Shown: one piece after another, positions 17,436 through 27,350 of the stretch | How the letters are laid out: every line of letters starts with the position of its first letter | Position numbering within the stretch: the first letter of the stretch is position 1 | Assembly (NCBI RefSeq): GCF_016287535.1 | Contig: NZ_JAEFAJ010000003.1 | Coordinates: 1,817 to 65,816 of the forward strand | Length of the DNA: 64,000 bases | Direction of reading: 5' to 3' | DNA from: Ruminococcus sp. | GTDB taxonomy: Bacteria > Bacillota > Clostridia > Oscillospirales > Ruminococcaceae | Program-made: the position numbers and the translations under genes | The notes under the pieces: generated by a model | Told to the model about the DNA's origin: nothing | Database searches by the model: none | The model's input: only the letters and a program-made list of their open reading frames with translations

Positions 17436-18800
17436 ATGGCAAAGGCAAATGATCTTACAAACGGAAGTGTCACATCACTTATACTCAGATTCTACTTCCC
17501 TATGCTGCTGACAAATATGCTCCAGCAGATGTACAATATCGCGGATACGGCAATTGTAGGCAAGGGTATCGGAGATACCGCACTTGCTGCTGTTGGAAAT
17601 ATAGGTCCTCTTACATTTCTTGTATTCGGTTTCTCAATGGGACTTGCCAATGGTTTCTCAGTCATCACGGCTCAGAGCTTCGGTGCAAGAAACTATTCAA
17701 GGCTCCGCCGCTCAGTGGCTTCTTCGTTTTTGCTGTGCATTATAATAGCGGCAGTCCTTACGGCGCTGAGCATATCATTCCTCAGACCTGTCCTTCACCT
17801 TATGCGTACTGATGCTGCTATAATCCATGACAGTCTTGTCTACGGGTACTGTATATTCGGAGGACTTATTGCGACCATAACCTATAACCTCTGTTCCTGC
17901 ATACTCAGAGCCCTCGGCGACAGCAAAACGCCGTTCATAGCTATAATAATATCCACAGTAGTAAATATAATCCTTGATACCTTCTGTATCTTTGTACTCA
18001 GAACAGGTGTTGAGGGCGCTGCGGCTGCAACTATAATCTCGCAGCTTGTATCCTCATTCATATGCTGGCAGAAAATACGCAGGATCGATGTCCTTGATAT
18101 AAGCAGAGACGATTTTCGAGGAAACGGCAGGTTATATATTGAGCTTTTCAAAAACGGTCTGCCTATGGCGCTGATGAATTCCATAACAGCAGTAGGCTGT
18201 ATGGTGATACAATACTTCGTCAACGGTCTCGGAGTCGCCTACACTACAGCGTATTCAGCCTGCAGCAAGTTCATAAATCTTTTCATGCAGCCGTCTTGTA
18301 CAGCCGGCTTTGCGATGTCAGCCTTCACAAGCCAGAATTACGGTGCAGGAAAGTATAAGCGTATCCGTGACGGCCTGCGTGTATGTCTTGCGATCGCAAC
18401 TATTTCCTATGTTACCCTCGGTTCTCTGATGGTATTCTTCCCCACCAAGCTCGCCGGAATAATGGTGAGCGGCTCTGAACCGATAAGTATAGCCAAAACT
18501 TATCTGCCGATATGCGGAATATGCCTCATAGGGGTTGATTATCTCTTTGTATTCCGCAACGGCTGTCAGGGCTTTGGCAAACCTCTTGTCCCAATGATAT
18601 CAGGAGTTCTTGAAATGGCTCTCAGAGTGGGAGTTATCGCTGCATTCATCCCGGTAATAGGCTTCAGGGCAACTGCCTACGCAGAGGCTTCAGCCTGGAT
18701 AGGAGCAATGGTGCTCAACATGACGGCTTTTGAGTATTACCTCAGAAAAAGCCTTGGCCGTCATGCTGTAAAGCACGAAAAAATCAGCTCCGCAGCCTGA
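17436..18800 (+). CDS. MATE family efflux transporter
   Basis: QQMYNIADTAIVG, LRALGDSKTP, QNYGAG; 12-TM size. Confidence 0.92.
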   Translation: MAKANDLTNGSVTSLILRFYFPMLLTNMLQQMYNIADTAIVGKGIGDTALAAVGNIGPLTFLVFGFSMGLANGFSVITAQSFGARNYSRLRRSVASSFLLCIIIAAVLTALSISFLRPVLHLMRTDAAIIHDSLVYGYCIFGGLIATITYNLCSCILRALGDSKTPFIAIIISTVVNIILDTFCIFVLRTGVEGAAAATIISQLVSSFICWQKIRRIDVLDISRDDFRGNGRLYIELFKNGLPMALMNSITAVGCMVIQYFVNGLGVAYTTAYSACSKFINLFMQPSCTAGFAMSAFTSQNYGAGKYKRIRDGLRVCLAIATISYVTLGSLMVFFPTKLAGIMVSGSEPISIAKTYLPICGICLIGVDYLFVFRNGCQGFGKPLVPMISGVLEMALRVGVIAAFIPVIGFRATAYAEASAWIGAMVLNMTAFEYYLRKSLGRHAVKHEKISSAA

Positions 18801-19108
18801 TACACGACTGATTCGCAGTCGGTTCACATATCACTCCTCACCTCCGCTGTCTGCTTTCTCTCGCAGGCAGCATTTTTTTGCCTTTTGCATTATAAATACT
18901 GCCCTTTTTTCCACACATTTCACTGATAAAGGATTTGCAGTTCACAGATATTCATATCCGGCTCACATTGCCGGCACTGTTAACTGCGGTTAACGATCTT
19001 ACTGAATATGTTTTTCTGTTATTTATGAAATTATATGATATAACTGCAGTAATCGCAGCTTTGTCCCCTGAACATTTCCTCTTTATACATTAAATAAGCT
19101 GTAAACTA

Positions 19109-19161
19109 TTGACAAATACTGATCTTTGTGATATATTAAACATATGAACAAGTATTCATAT
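19109..19161 (+). promoter_or_regulatory. sigma-A promoter with ArsR/SmtB-type operator
   Basis: TTGACA at 19109, TG-extended TATATT -10, then inverted repeat ATATGAACA-AG-TATTCATAT (19142-19161). Confidence 0.65.
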
Positions 19162-19180
19162 ATGAAAGGACAGTGATCCT

Positions 19181-21355
19181 ATGGAAAAGGATTTTTCTGT
19201 AATCAATCTGGACTGCGCACACTGCGGCGCTAAAATAGAAGCTGCAATAAATAAGATAGAGGGCGTTGAATTGGCAATACTTAACTATCCTCTGAAAAAA
19301 ATCAGGATCAGAGGCGATATAACCGATGAACTCGTCGAAAAGATAAATACAGTCGCTAATTCAATAGAAGCGGGAGTGGTCATCTCTCCTGCCGGGCATG
19401 AACATCATCATCATCATGAGCATTCACATCATCATGGTCACGGTGAAGAATGCTGCTGTGGTCACGACCACGAACATGAGCACCATGAACATGAGCATAT
19501 TGAAAATAATTCTCTTCCTGCCGGTGAGATTTTCACGCTTGCAGCAGGGATATTATTATTCGCAGCTGCTGTCATATCCGGCAGAGTTACTGATATAAAG
19601 CCTCTTGCCATCGCTCTGTATGCCGCTGCATACCTCGTACTCGGATACAGCATAATCATTGCAACTATCAGGAATATCAGAGCAAAGAACTTCTTTGATG
19701 AGAATTTTCTCATGTTCATTGCTACGGTAGGAGCCTTTGCTCTCGGAGAGTACGCCGAAGCAGTCGGAGTCGTCCTGTTTTTCAGGATAGGCGAATTATT
19801 CGAGGATTATGCCGTTTCAAGAAGCCGCAGGGCTATTACTGATGTCGCCGCTCTTAAAGTGGAAGAAGCGGAAGTTATGCGCAACGGTGAATTCGTGCAT
19901 ATCAGCTCAGACGACATTCAGGTCGGAGACATACTCAGGATAAAGGCAGGAGAACGTATCGCTGCAGACGGTATTATAGAATCGGGAGAGTCAAGGATAG
20001 ACACCTCAGCTGTAAACGGAGAGCCGGTACCGTTGTCTGTCCGCACCGGTGACAGCGTACTTTCAGGCTGTATAAACCTCTCGGAGACATTAACGCTGCG
20101 TACTACTGCCGCCGCCGCTGACTCAATGATATCCAGGATAGCGGAAGCGGTCGAGAATGCGTCAGCCTCCAAGCCTCATATCGACCGTTTTATTACCCGT
20201 TTCGCAAAGATATATACTCCTATCGTCATAACAGCAGCTCTTCTTACGGCGATAATCCCATCACTTGTTACAGGAGAATGGAGCAAGTGGATATATTCCG
20301 CTCTTACCTTCCTTGTAATCAGCTGCCCCTGCGCACTTGTACTCAGCGTACCGCTTGCATATTTCTCAGGCATAGGCGCTGCTTCCAAGCTTGGTATACT
20401 CTTCAAGGGCGGAAGCGCCATCGAAGCTCTCGGCAAAATTAAAGCCGTTGCATTTGACAAGACAGGAACCCTTACAAACGGCAGCTTCGATGTTACTGAT
20501 ATAAAATCCTACGGCAATATGAGCGGAAATGAACTTCTCATGCTGAGCGGCAGCTGTGAACAGTGTTCGACACACCCTGTTGCCGAAAGTATAGTAAGCC
20601 ACTGCCACAGCAATGGTATTGAGCTCATCGCTCCGGAAAAATCAGCAGAAAAAGCCGGACAGGGAGTTACAGCCGTAATAAACGGCAGAAGCGTGCTCTG
20701 CGGAAATCACCGTCTTATGGCAGAAAACGGCATAGCTCTTCCCGCTGATGATATACCTTCCGGCAGCGTCGTATATGTAACAGTCGACGGTAAAGCTGAG
20801 GGCAGGATAGTTGTTTCCGATACGATAAAGAAAACCTCCGCATCAGCTGTTTCAAGACTTAAAGGAATGGGCATAAAGACATTTATGCTCACCGGCGACA
20901 AGACCGAAAACGCTTCGGCAGCAGCAAAGGATATCGGCATAGATTCTGTCAAGGGAGACCTTCTCCCCGACGGTAAGCTCGCTGAGATAGAGCGTATACG
21001 CAAAGAGACCGGACCTGTGATGTTTGTGGGCGACGGCTTCAACGACGGACCTGTACTTGCAGGAGCAGATGTAGGCGGAGCAATGCAGAATGGCTCAGAC
21101 CTCGCACTTGAAGCGGCAGACGCTGTATTCATGAATCCGGAGCCGGAATCAGTCGTAATAGCCAAAAATATCGCTGACAAAACGATGCGCATAGCTTACG
21201 AGAACATTATATTCGCACTGACTGTAAAGGCGATAGTCCTGATACTCGGACTTATCGGACATCCCAATATGTGGTTTGCTGTTTTTGCAGATTCCGGAGC
21301 GGCAATGCTGTGTATACTAAACTCAGTCAGGATCCTCAGCACAAAAAAGTATTGA
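19181..21355 (+). CDS. heavy-metal (Zn/Cd) P1B-type ATPase with His-rich linker
   Basis: N-terminal DCAHC, SCPCAL, DKTGTLT, HP and GDGFND motifs. Confidence 0.93.
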   Translation: MEKDFSVINLDCAHCGAKIEAAINKIEGVELAILNYPLKKIRIRGDITDELVEKINTVANSIEAGVVISPAGHEHHHHHEHSHHHGHGEECCCGHDHEHEHHEHEHIENNSLPAGEIFTLAAGILLFAAAVISGRVTDIKPLAIALYAAAYLVLGYSIIIATIRNIRAKNFFDENFLMFIATVGAFALGEYAEAVGVVLFFRIGELFEDYAVSRSRRAITDVAALKVEEAEVMRNGEFVHISSDDIQVGDILRIKAGERIAADGIIESGESRIDTSAVNGEPVPLSVRTGDSVLSGCINLSETLTLRTTAAAADSMISRIAEAVENASASKPHIDRFITRFAKIYTPIVITAALLTAIIPSLVTGEWSKWIYSALTFLVISCPCALVLSVPLAYFSGIGAASKLGILFKGGSAIEALGKIKAVAFDKTGTLTNGSFDVTDIKSYGNMSGNELLMLSGSCEQCSTHPVAESIVSHCHSNGIELIAPEKSAEKAGQGVTAVINGRSVLCGNHRLMAENGIALPADDIPSGSVVYVTVDGKAEGRIVVSDTIKKTSASAVSRLKGMGIKTFMLTGDKTENASAAAKDIGIDSVKGDLLPDGKLAEIERIRKETGPVMFVGDGFNDGPVLAGADVGGAMQNGSDLALEAADAVFMNPEPESVVIAKNIADKTMRIAYENIIFALTVKAIVLILGLIGHPNMWFAVFADSGAAMLCILNSVRILSTKKY

Positions 21356-21391
21356 CATAATACCTGCCTGATATGTTATAATAGAACAGAT

Positions 21392-21425
21392 CACCGAGCT
21401 CATATTTCGGGCTCGGTGTTTTTTT
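21392..21425 (+). terminator. terminator after the P-type ATPase
   Basis: CACCGAGC...GCTCGGTG plus T7. Confidence 0.75.
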
Positions 21426-21503
21426 ATAAAATCATGTAACGCTTTTATTCCTCAGGGTACTAATATACAGAAGCTTCTGAAATCAATGAAAGGAGGACGG
21501 CGG

Positions 21504-21989
21504 ATGAATAAGGAGATCGAAGACTATTATCAGAAATACGGTCAGAAGGTCTATGCATATCTTATCAGTATATGCCGTGAACCTGACACAGCACAGGATC
21601 TGACGCAGGAAACATTTCTTCAGGCTCTGCGCTCCCTTAACAAGTTCGACAACAAATGCTCAGTCTGTACATGGCTCTGCCAGATCGCAAAATTCCTCTG
21701 GCTCAAGGAGCTGAAAAGGCGCAGATATCATCCGTCCGTATCCAAAGAGCCTGATATCGCGGAACTTGATATCAGTATCATTCCCCCTGACGACCAGATA
21801 GAGAGCGCCGACACAAAGATGTACGTACTCAGACAGATACACGAACTGCCCGAACGTGAAAAAGAGATACTGCTTCTCAGAGCAACAGAAGCTATGTCAT
21901 TTGAAGAGATCGGGCAGCTTTTCGGCAAGAACGCAAGCTGGGCAAGAGTAACGTATTATCGTGCAAAGCAAAAGCTCAGAAAGGAGTAA
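21504..21989 (+). CDS. ECF RNA polymerase sigma factor
   Basis: AQDLTQETFL, TWLCQIAK, region 4 SFEEIG...WARVTYYRAK; possible ECF promoter TGTAAC at 21435. Confidence 0.92.
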   Translation: MNKEIEDYYQKYGQKVYAYLISICREPDTAQDLTQETFLQALRSLNKFDNKCSVCTWLCQIAKFLWLKELKRRRYHPSVSKEPDIAELDISIIPPDDQIESADTKMYVLRQIHELPEREKEILLLRATEAMSFEEIGQLFGKNASWARVTYYRAKQKLRKE

Positions 21990-21993
21990 CATT

Positions 21994-22803
21994 ATGAGGT
22001 GTGAGATAATAAAAGACCTGCTTCCTTTATACTGTGACGACGCACTCTCTGAAGTCAGCAAAGAAGAGGTTGAAAAACACATTGCTGAATGCAGTGAATG
22101 CAGAAAGGAGTATGAAGATATGAAAAACGGCGATATAAAGATCAATACATCAGCCAAAAATATCGAACCAATGAAAAAAGTAAAGAAAAAAATGCGGCTC
22201 ACAAAAATACTGTTCGGACTTATACTGGCTGTCACAGTTCTTCTCGGAACAGCCTATGAGCTTCTCTGCGCACATCCGAGACTTGCAAAGTCCGACCAGA
22301 TATCATTTATACCTGAGGTAACGAATTACGGAATAAAATATGAATATCCCAATCCAGATGAAGACGAATTTCACCCGTTTGTTGTTGCGGTGCGCAATAA
22401 GGAAGAAAAAGATGTCAGAATAGACAGAGTAAACAACTGTGTATACGTAGGCGATAAAAAGCTCCTTGACGATGACGGCAAGCCCGTTCCCGCAAACGGA
22501 AAAGTTGTCCCATGGGGCAAAATACGTGTCGGAGTCCATGTTAATACCGGGTTCCAAGTTGCAAAAGAAAAAATAGAAGAAACATCACATAATAAGAACA
22601 ACATACCAAATTTTATAGTGGAATTAAGACCCTGCCTTCCGTTCAGACAGGATATGCATAATTGCATCTACGACCCTGTCACTGCGTATTTTGATTATCC
22701 GCTTGAATACCTGACATTAGATACAACACTTACAATTCGCTGCCGTGATAGAGATATACCGTTCAGACCTTATGCGTTCAGCGGTCTGATAATCGAAGAT
22801 TAA
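21994..22803 (+). CDS. zinc-finger (zf-HC2) membrane anti-sigma factor
   Basis: CEIIKDLLPLY...HIAECSEC, one TM helix, extracellular domain. Confidence 0.88.
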   Translation: MRCEIIKDLLPLYCDDALSEVSKEEVEKHIAECSECRKEYEDMKNGDIKINTSAKNIEPMKKVKKKMRLTKILFGLILAVTVLLGTAYELLCAHPRLAKSDQISFIPEVTNYGIKYEYPNPDEDEFHPFVVAVRNKEEKDVRIDRVNNCVYVGDKKLLDDDGKPVPANGKVVPWGKIRVGVHVNTGFQVAKEKIEETSHNKNNIPNFIVELRPCLPFRQDMHNCIYDPVTAYFDYPLEYLTLDTTLTIRCRDRDIPFRPYAFSGLIIED

Positions 22804-22933
22804 AGTCGCCCACCTTTATCAACAGCTGATATAAGCAATTTAAACATAATGATTCAAAATATGTAATATTATTTCAACGCATTGTTGAAATAGATGTTAA
22901 AAGTAATGCTCCCTTGAAAAAGGGAGCATTTTT

Positions 22934-23890
22934 TTAATAAAACGTAGCTACAGGCTGTTCGGGAGCAACTGCCTTTTCAACAGAGCTTACAAGCAGCAGC
23001 GGACCTTTTCCGCGGTAGAGCTTGTGCTTCTGCACGCTTATCCTGCCTGAAACATTTATCCAAGTCTTGTTTGCAGGCTCATTTCCGTCATCCACCTGAG
23101 CTGCAAGCCAGCAGTACTGTATATCCTCGACACAGCAGGTCATTATATGACGTCCTACTGCAAAGGTATTTTCCGGGAACTTGTCATTTTTAGCGGTAAG
23201 AGCCTTGAAATGCATGATCTTTCCGTCATACTTTGCAGGCTCTTCCATGATATCCCTGTACCAGAGGGCGAAATCCTTGTCCTCTATGGTTATTTCATCG
23301 GCTTCCACATCAAAGGGCAGCGGATCCTCTATATCGTCGTAGGCAACTCTGCCGTCGGTATACTCATATACTATCTCAGCACGTCTGCTTACGCCTCTTA
23401 CTATCTTGTGATACTCGTTAGGATCGAACTTCTCGCTGAAGCGGTTGAAGATCACCATTTCAGCCACATTGAGCTTATCCACTACAAGACTTCTCATATT
23501 TGCATTGTAATTGCTGAATGTCGTTGCGTCAACAAAATACATGACCTGAGCGATAGTTGTCTCGTCGGGCATTGCCTTGTAGAAGTCGTCCATGAGCCAC
23601 ATTCCGTTGTATTCCACAACGATGCGCTCTGCACCGCTCTCTTTGAGGAGCTTTGTAAAGTTCTCCATTGTGAACTCTGATTTGTCATCAATAACATGAG
23701 TTATAATGTTTTTCTTTGGCATACGGGAGATATCATACTCCTCCACGCCTTCCTCGCATATAAGCAAAAGCGTCTTTTCACCCTTATTGAAGCGCTTGTC
23801 CTCAAGAGTCTCCTGTATAAACTTTGTCTTTCCGGCTTCAAGGAAACCTAAAAAGAGGTATATCGGTATTACATCATTCTGATCCGGCAC
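22934..23890 (-). CDS. CobW-like GTPase domain fused to a DUF1980/TIGR03943-like C-terminal domain
   Basis: GFLEAGKT Walker A, VEYNGMW, C-terminal GRHIMTCCVEDI. Confidence 0.7.
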   Translation of the reverse strand: MPDQNDVIPIYLFLGFLEAGKTKFIQETLEDKRFNKGEKTLLLICEEGVEEYDISRMPKKNIITHVIDDKSEFTMENFTKLLKESGAERIVVEYNGMWLMDDFYKAMPDETTIAQVMYFVDATTFSNYNANMRSLVVDKLNVAEMVIFNRFSEKFDPNEYHKIVRGVSRRAEIVYEYTDGRVAYDDIEDPLPFDVEADEITIEDKDFALWYRDIMEEPAKYDGKIMHFKALTAKNDKFPENTFAVGRHIMTCCVEDIQYCWLAAQVDDGNEPANKTWINVSGRISVQKHKLYRGKGPLLLVSSVEKAVAPEQPVATFY

Positions 23891-23908
23891 GTTGAACGCT
23901 CCTTTCGG

Positions 23909-25042
23909 TCAGGCCTTGAAAAGCTCTGATATAGCTTCCTCGTTTATCTTTGAACCGATAACGCAAAGCCTTCCGATAGTACCTGCGCTTCCGGTACGTA
24001 CATCGGGTATTCCCGGTACATAGTCATAGTGTATCCACTTACCGTCAGTACCTGCAACGATACCCTTTGCACGGAGTATCATTCCGTACTTTTCCTCATC
24101 GCCGAGAGCTTCGAGAGCGGACTGTATCTCCTCAGGAGTATAAGTCCTTGTAGTTTCCCTGCCCCAGCTTGTGAAAACTTCGTCAGCATGGTGATGGTGA
24201 TGTTCGTGATCGTGGTCATGGTCATGGCAGCCGCAGGTGCAGTCAGGACCGTGATCGTGATGATGTTCGTGTTCATCATCATGGTGGTGGTGATGATGCT
24301 CATGCTCTTCATCGTGGTCGTGATGATGATGCTCATGCTCTTCATCGTGGTCGTGGTGATGATGCTCGTGTTCATCATCATGGTGGTGATGGTGATGATC
24401 GTGATGCGCAGCCTCTTCAAGAAGCTCCTTGAGTTCATCATCAAGTGTATTCTTCTGAGTCATTGCGTCAACGAGCTGCTTGCCTGTGAGCTCGTCCCAC
24501 TCTGTAGTAACGATAGGAGCGGAAGGATTCTTCTCGCGGAGGCTCTTTACACAGTCGTCAAGCTTATCCTGCGAAAGACCGGTTGTGTGGCTGAGTATGA
24601 GACAGCTTGCGTAAGTGATCTGGTTATCGAAGAATTCGCCGAAGTTCTTCATGTACATCTTGTACTTCTTGGCGTCAACAACTGTGGTAAAACCGTCAAG
24701 CTCAACATCATGAGCGTTGATGTTCTGAACCGCGCGGATAACATCACTGAGCTTTCCTACGCCTGAGGGCTCAATAAGGATACGGTCGGGAGCATAGTCC
24801 GCAAGCACCTTTTCAAGAGCTTTGCCGAAGTCGCCCACGAGACTGCAGCAGATACAGCCTGAGTTCATTTCGGTTATCTCAACGCCTGCGTCCTGTAAAA
24901 AGCCGCCGTCAATGCCTATCTGTCCGAATTCGTTCTCGATAAGCACGAGCTTTTCGCCCTTGTAGCCCTCCTGTATGAGCTTCTTTATGAGAGTGGTCTT
25001 TCCCGCACCTAGAAAGCCTGAGAAGATCGTGATTTTTGTCAT
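23909..25042 (-). CDS. COG0523/CobW family metallochaperone GTPase with His-rich insert
   Basis: GFLGAGKTT, ENEFG, GCICC, EPSG, LRAKG; about 75-aa His/Asp/Glu tract. Confidence 0.92.
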   Translation of the reverse strand: MTKITIFSGFLGAGKTTLIKKLIQEGYKGEKLVLIENEFGQIGIDGGFLQDAGVEITEMNSGCICCSLVGDFGKALEKVLADYAPDRILIEPSGVGKLSDVIRAVQNINAHDVELDGFTTVVDAKKYKMYMKNFGEFFDNQITYASCLILSHTTGLSQDKLDDCVKSLREKNPSAPIVTTEWDELTGKQLVDAMTQKNTLDDELKELLEEAAHHDHHHHHHDDEHEHHHHDHDEEHEHHHHDHDEEHEHHHHHHDDEHEHHHDHGPDCTCGCHDHDHDHEHHHHHADEVFTSWGRETTRTYTPEEIQSALEALGDEEKYGMILRAKGIVAGTDGKWIHYDYVPGIPDVRTGSAGTIGRLCVIGSKINEEAISELFKA

Positions 25043-25160
25043 TTGAACAACACTTCTTTCATTTTTTAGATTCAAAGAATATTATATCACACTGACAAAA
25101 ATAAATCAAGCCCCGAAAGGACATAAAAACGGCTGCCATTAATGGCAGCCGTAATATTAT

Positions 25161-27242
25161 TTATTCAACAGCTCCAACAGAAGAAATAACTTCTGTAAGA
25201 AGGTTTGCAGGGAGCTGCTCATATCTTACGAAATCAAAGGTGAAGCTTCCGAGACCTCTTGTGGTCTGACGGAGATACATAGCAAAGTCGTGCATCTCAC
25301 GCATGGGAACTTCTGCCTGGATAACGGTATTTCCGCTGCCCACGGGCTCCATTCCGAGAACTCTGCCTCTGCGCTTATTGAGCTCTCCCATGATATCGCC
25401 TGTATTGTCATCGGGAGCAGTTACCTTGAGCTCTCCGATAGGCTCAAGCATAACCGGATCAGCCTGCCTGAGACCTTCCTTGTAAGCTATGGAAGCAGCG
25501 GTCTTGAACGCCATTTCCGAAGAATCTACAGGGTGGTACGAACCGTCAACGAGTATGGCTTTGAGTCCCACAACAGGGCAGCCTGCAAGAACGCCCTTCC
25601 TTACACTTTCTTCGAGGCCTTTCTGTACAGCCGGGAAGTAGTTCTTAGGTACGGCACCGCCGAATATCTTTTCCTCGAATACGAGGGTATCGCTTACACA
25701 TGGCTCAAACTCTATCCATACGTCACCGAACTGTCCGTGACCGCCTGACTGCTTCTTGTGTCTTCCCTGGACCTTTACCTTCTTGCGGATAGTTTCCTTA
25801 TATGCAATCTTGGGAACAGTGAGGTTTACGTCAACACCGAATTTGCTCTTGAGCTTGGCAGCCGCAACTTCGATATGCTGCTCACCGAGACCGCTGAGTA
25901 TCTGCTCCTTGGTAGTATCGTCCTGAACATATGTCAGGGTAGGATCCTCCTCAATAAGACGCTGGATACTTGTTGATATCTTAGCCTCGTCGCCCTGAGC
26001 CTTTGCCTTTACTGCCATTGAGTAGCAGGGCTTGGGGAATTCCATACCGCCGAACTCGATTATTCTCGAACTGTCGGACAGTGAATCGCCTGTATTGGCT
26101 GAGATCTTTGAAGCTACGACGATGTCGCCCGCATAGGCAGCAGGTACCTCTGTCTGCTTCTTTCCGCAGAGTGTATAGAGCTTGCCTATCTTTTCGCTTG
26201 AACCTGATGTTGAATTCACAACGTCACTGTTTGATGACAGCTTGCCCGACATTACTTTTATGAAAGACATCTTGCCTACAAACGGGTCGGCAACAGTCTT
26301 GAAAACAAATGCTGAGAGAGGTGCATTTACATCGCATTCCACCTCTGCCACATCTTTTGTAGCGGTATATGCTTCAGCGGCATATACCTCGTTGGGAGAC
26401 GGAAGAAGAAGCTCTATCTCCTTGAGGAGCATATCTATACCTGCAAGATCAACAGCAGATGTACAAACTACAGGAGTTATGATACCTCTGTTCATACCGT
26501 CATGTATACCGTCTATGAGCTCCTTCTGTGTAAAGGGCTCACCCTCGAAGAACTTCTCCATGAGCTCCTCTGAGGTCTCTGCGACAGCCTCGGAAACAGC
26601 AGCAACAAGTCCTTCTACACGGTACTCGAACTTATCTGATATTTCGGCTGTAGGCATTTCCGTCTCAATAGGATTGCCCTTCGCGTCATACTTATAACAT
26701 TTCATCTCTATGAGATTTACATATTCAACGATAGCGCCGTGGCTTACTACAGGAACTACAACAGGGCATACCGTAGGACCGAAAACTGTTTTCAGCTCTG
26801 TGAGTACATTGAAGAAATTAGCGTCCTTGTCGTCGATCTTGGTAACTACGAACATCTTGGACTTGCCCTGCTTTACAGCTTCCTCGTAAGCCTTTCTTGC
26901 GCCGACCTTAACGCCTGACTTTGCTGATACGGTTATCATTACCGTATCAGCAGCTCTTATACCCTCGATCATTTCAGCAGCAAAGTCGAATAATCCCGGT
27001 GTATCAAGGATATTTACCTTGAGGTCGTTATATTCAAAGGAAGCAAGAGACGTACCTATCGAGATCTGTCTCTTGATCTCCTCAGGATCATAATCACAAA
27101 CTGTTGTGCCGTCAGCAGTCTTGCCGAGACGGTCGGAAGCTCCTGCTTTATAGAGAATCGCTTCAGCAAGAGAAGTTTTTCCCGAGCCGTTATGACCAGC
27201 AAATGCTATGTTTTTTACCTTGTTTACATCATACTCTTTCAT
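25161..27242 (-). CDS. elongation factor G paralog (EF-G II type)
   Basis: GHNGSGKT, DTPG, KKQSGGHGQFG, YHPVDSSEMAFK; lies outside the str operon. Confidence 0.9.
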   Translation of the reverse strand: MKEYDVNKVKNIAFAGHNGSGKTSLAEAILYKAGASDRLGKTADGTTVCDYDPEEIKRQISIGTSLASFEYNDLKVNILDTPGLFDFAAEMIEGIRAADTVMITVSAKSGVKVGARKAYEEAVKQGKSKMFVVTKIDDKDANFFNVLTELKTVFGPTVCPVVVPVVSHGAIVEYVNLIEMKCYKYDAKGNPIETEMPTAEISDKFEYRVEGLVAAVSEAVAETSEELMEKFFEGEPFTQKELIDGIHDGMNRGIITPVVCTSAVDLAGIDMLLKEIELLLPSPNEVYAAEAYTATKDVAEVECDVNAPLSAFVFKTVADPFVGKMSFIKVMSGKLSSNSDVVNSTSGSSEKIGKLYTLCGKKQTEVPAAYAGDIVVASKISANTGDSLSDSSRIIEFGGMEFPKPCYSMAVKAKAQGDEAKISTSIQRLIEEDPTLTYVQDDTTKEQILSGLGEQHIEVAAAKLKSKFGVDVNLTVPKIAYKETIRKKVKVQGRHKKQSGGHGQFGDVWIEFEPCVSDTLVFEEKIFGGAVPKNYFPAVQKGLEESVRKGVLAGCPVVGLKAILVDGSYHPVDSSEMAFKTAASIAYKEGLRQADPVMLEPIGELKVTAPDDNTGDIMGELNKRRGRVLGMEPVGSGNTVIQAEVPMREMHDFAMYLRQTTRGLGSFTFDFVRYEQLPANLLTEVISSVGAVE

Positions 27243-27350
27243 GACATAGTTTCTCCTCTTATTTGGTTTATCCGTCTTATATCCACGGCATACAAATATT
27301 ATAATTCATTAATAAAAAAATTGCAATACTAACATAAAATTTTCTACATT

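Noticed and set aside
18801-19100. 300-bp intergenic region with several hairpins as a possible riboswitch or sRNA
   Set aside because: One hairpin is the MATE terminator; no recognisable Rfam-like motif or clear promoter for the rest. An Infernal search would be needed.
21352-21425. TTGACA...TATAAT immediately followed by a terminator (tiny sRNA or MerR-type promoter)
   Set aside because: 19-bp spacer with no internal palindrome, and TTGACA includes the ATPase stop codon; the hairpin is explained as the ATPase terminator.
24029-24766. Met/Val-rich 245-aa ORF and short tandem repeats
   Set aside because: Reverse complement of the His-rich CobW tract; not a gene and not a CRISPR array (no spacers).
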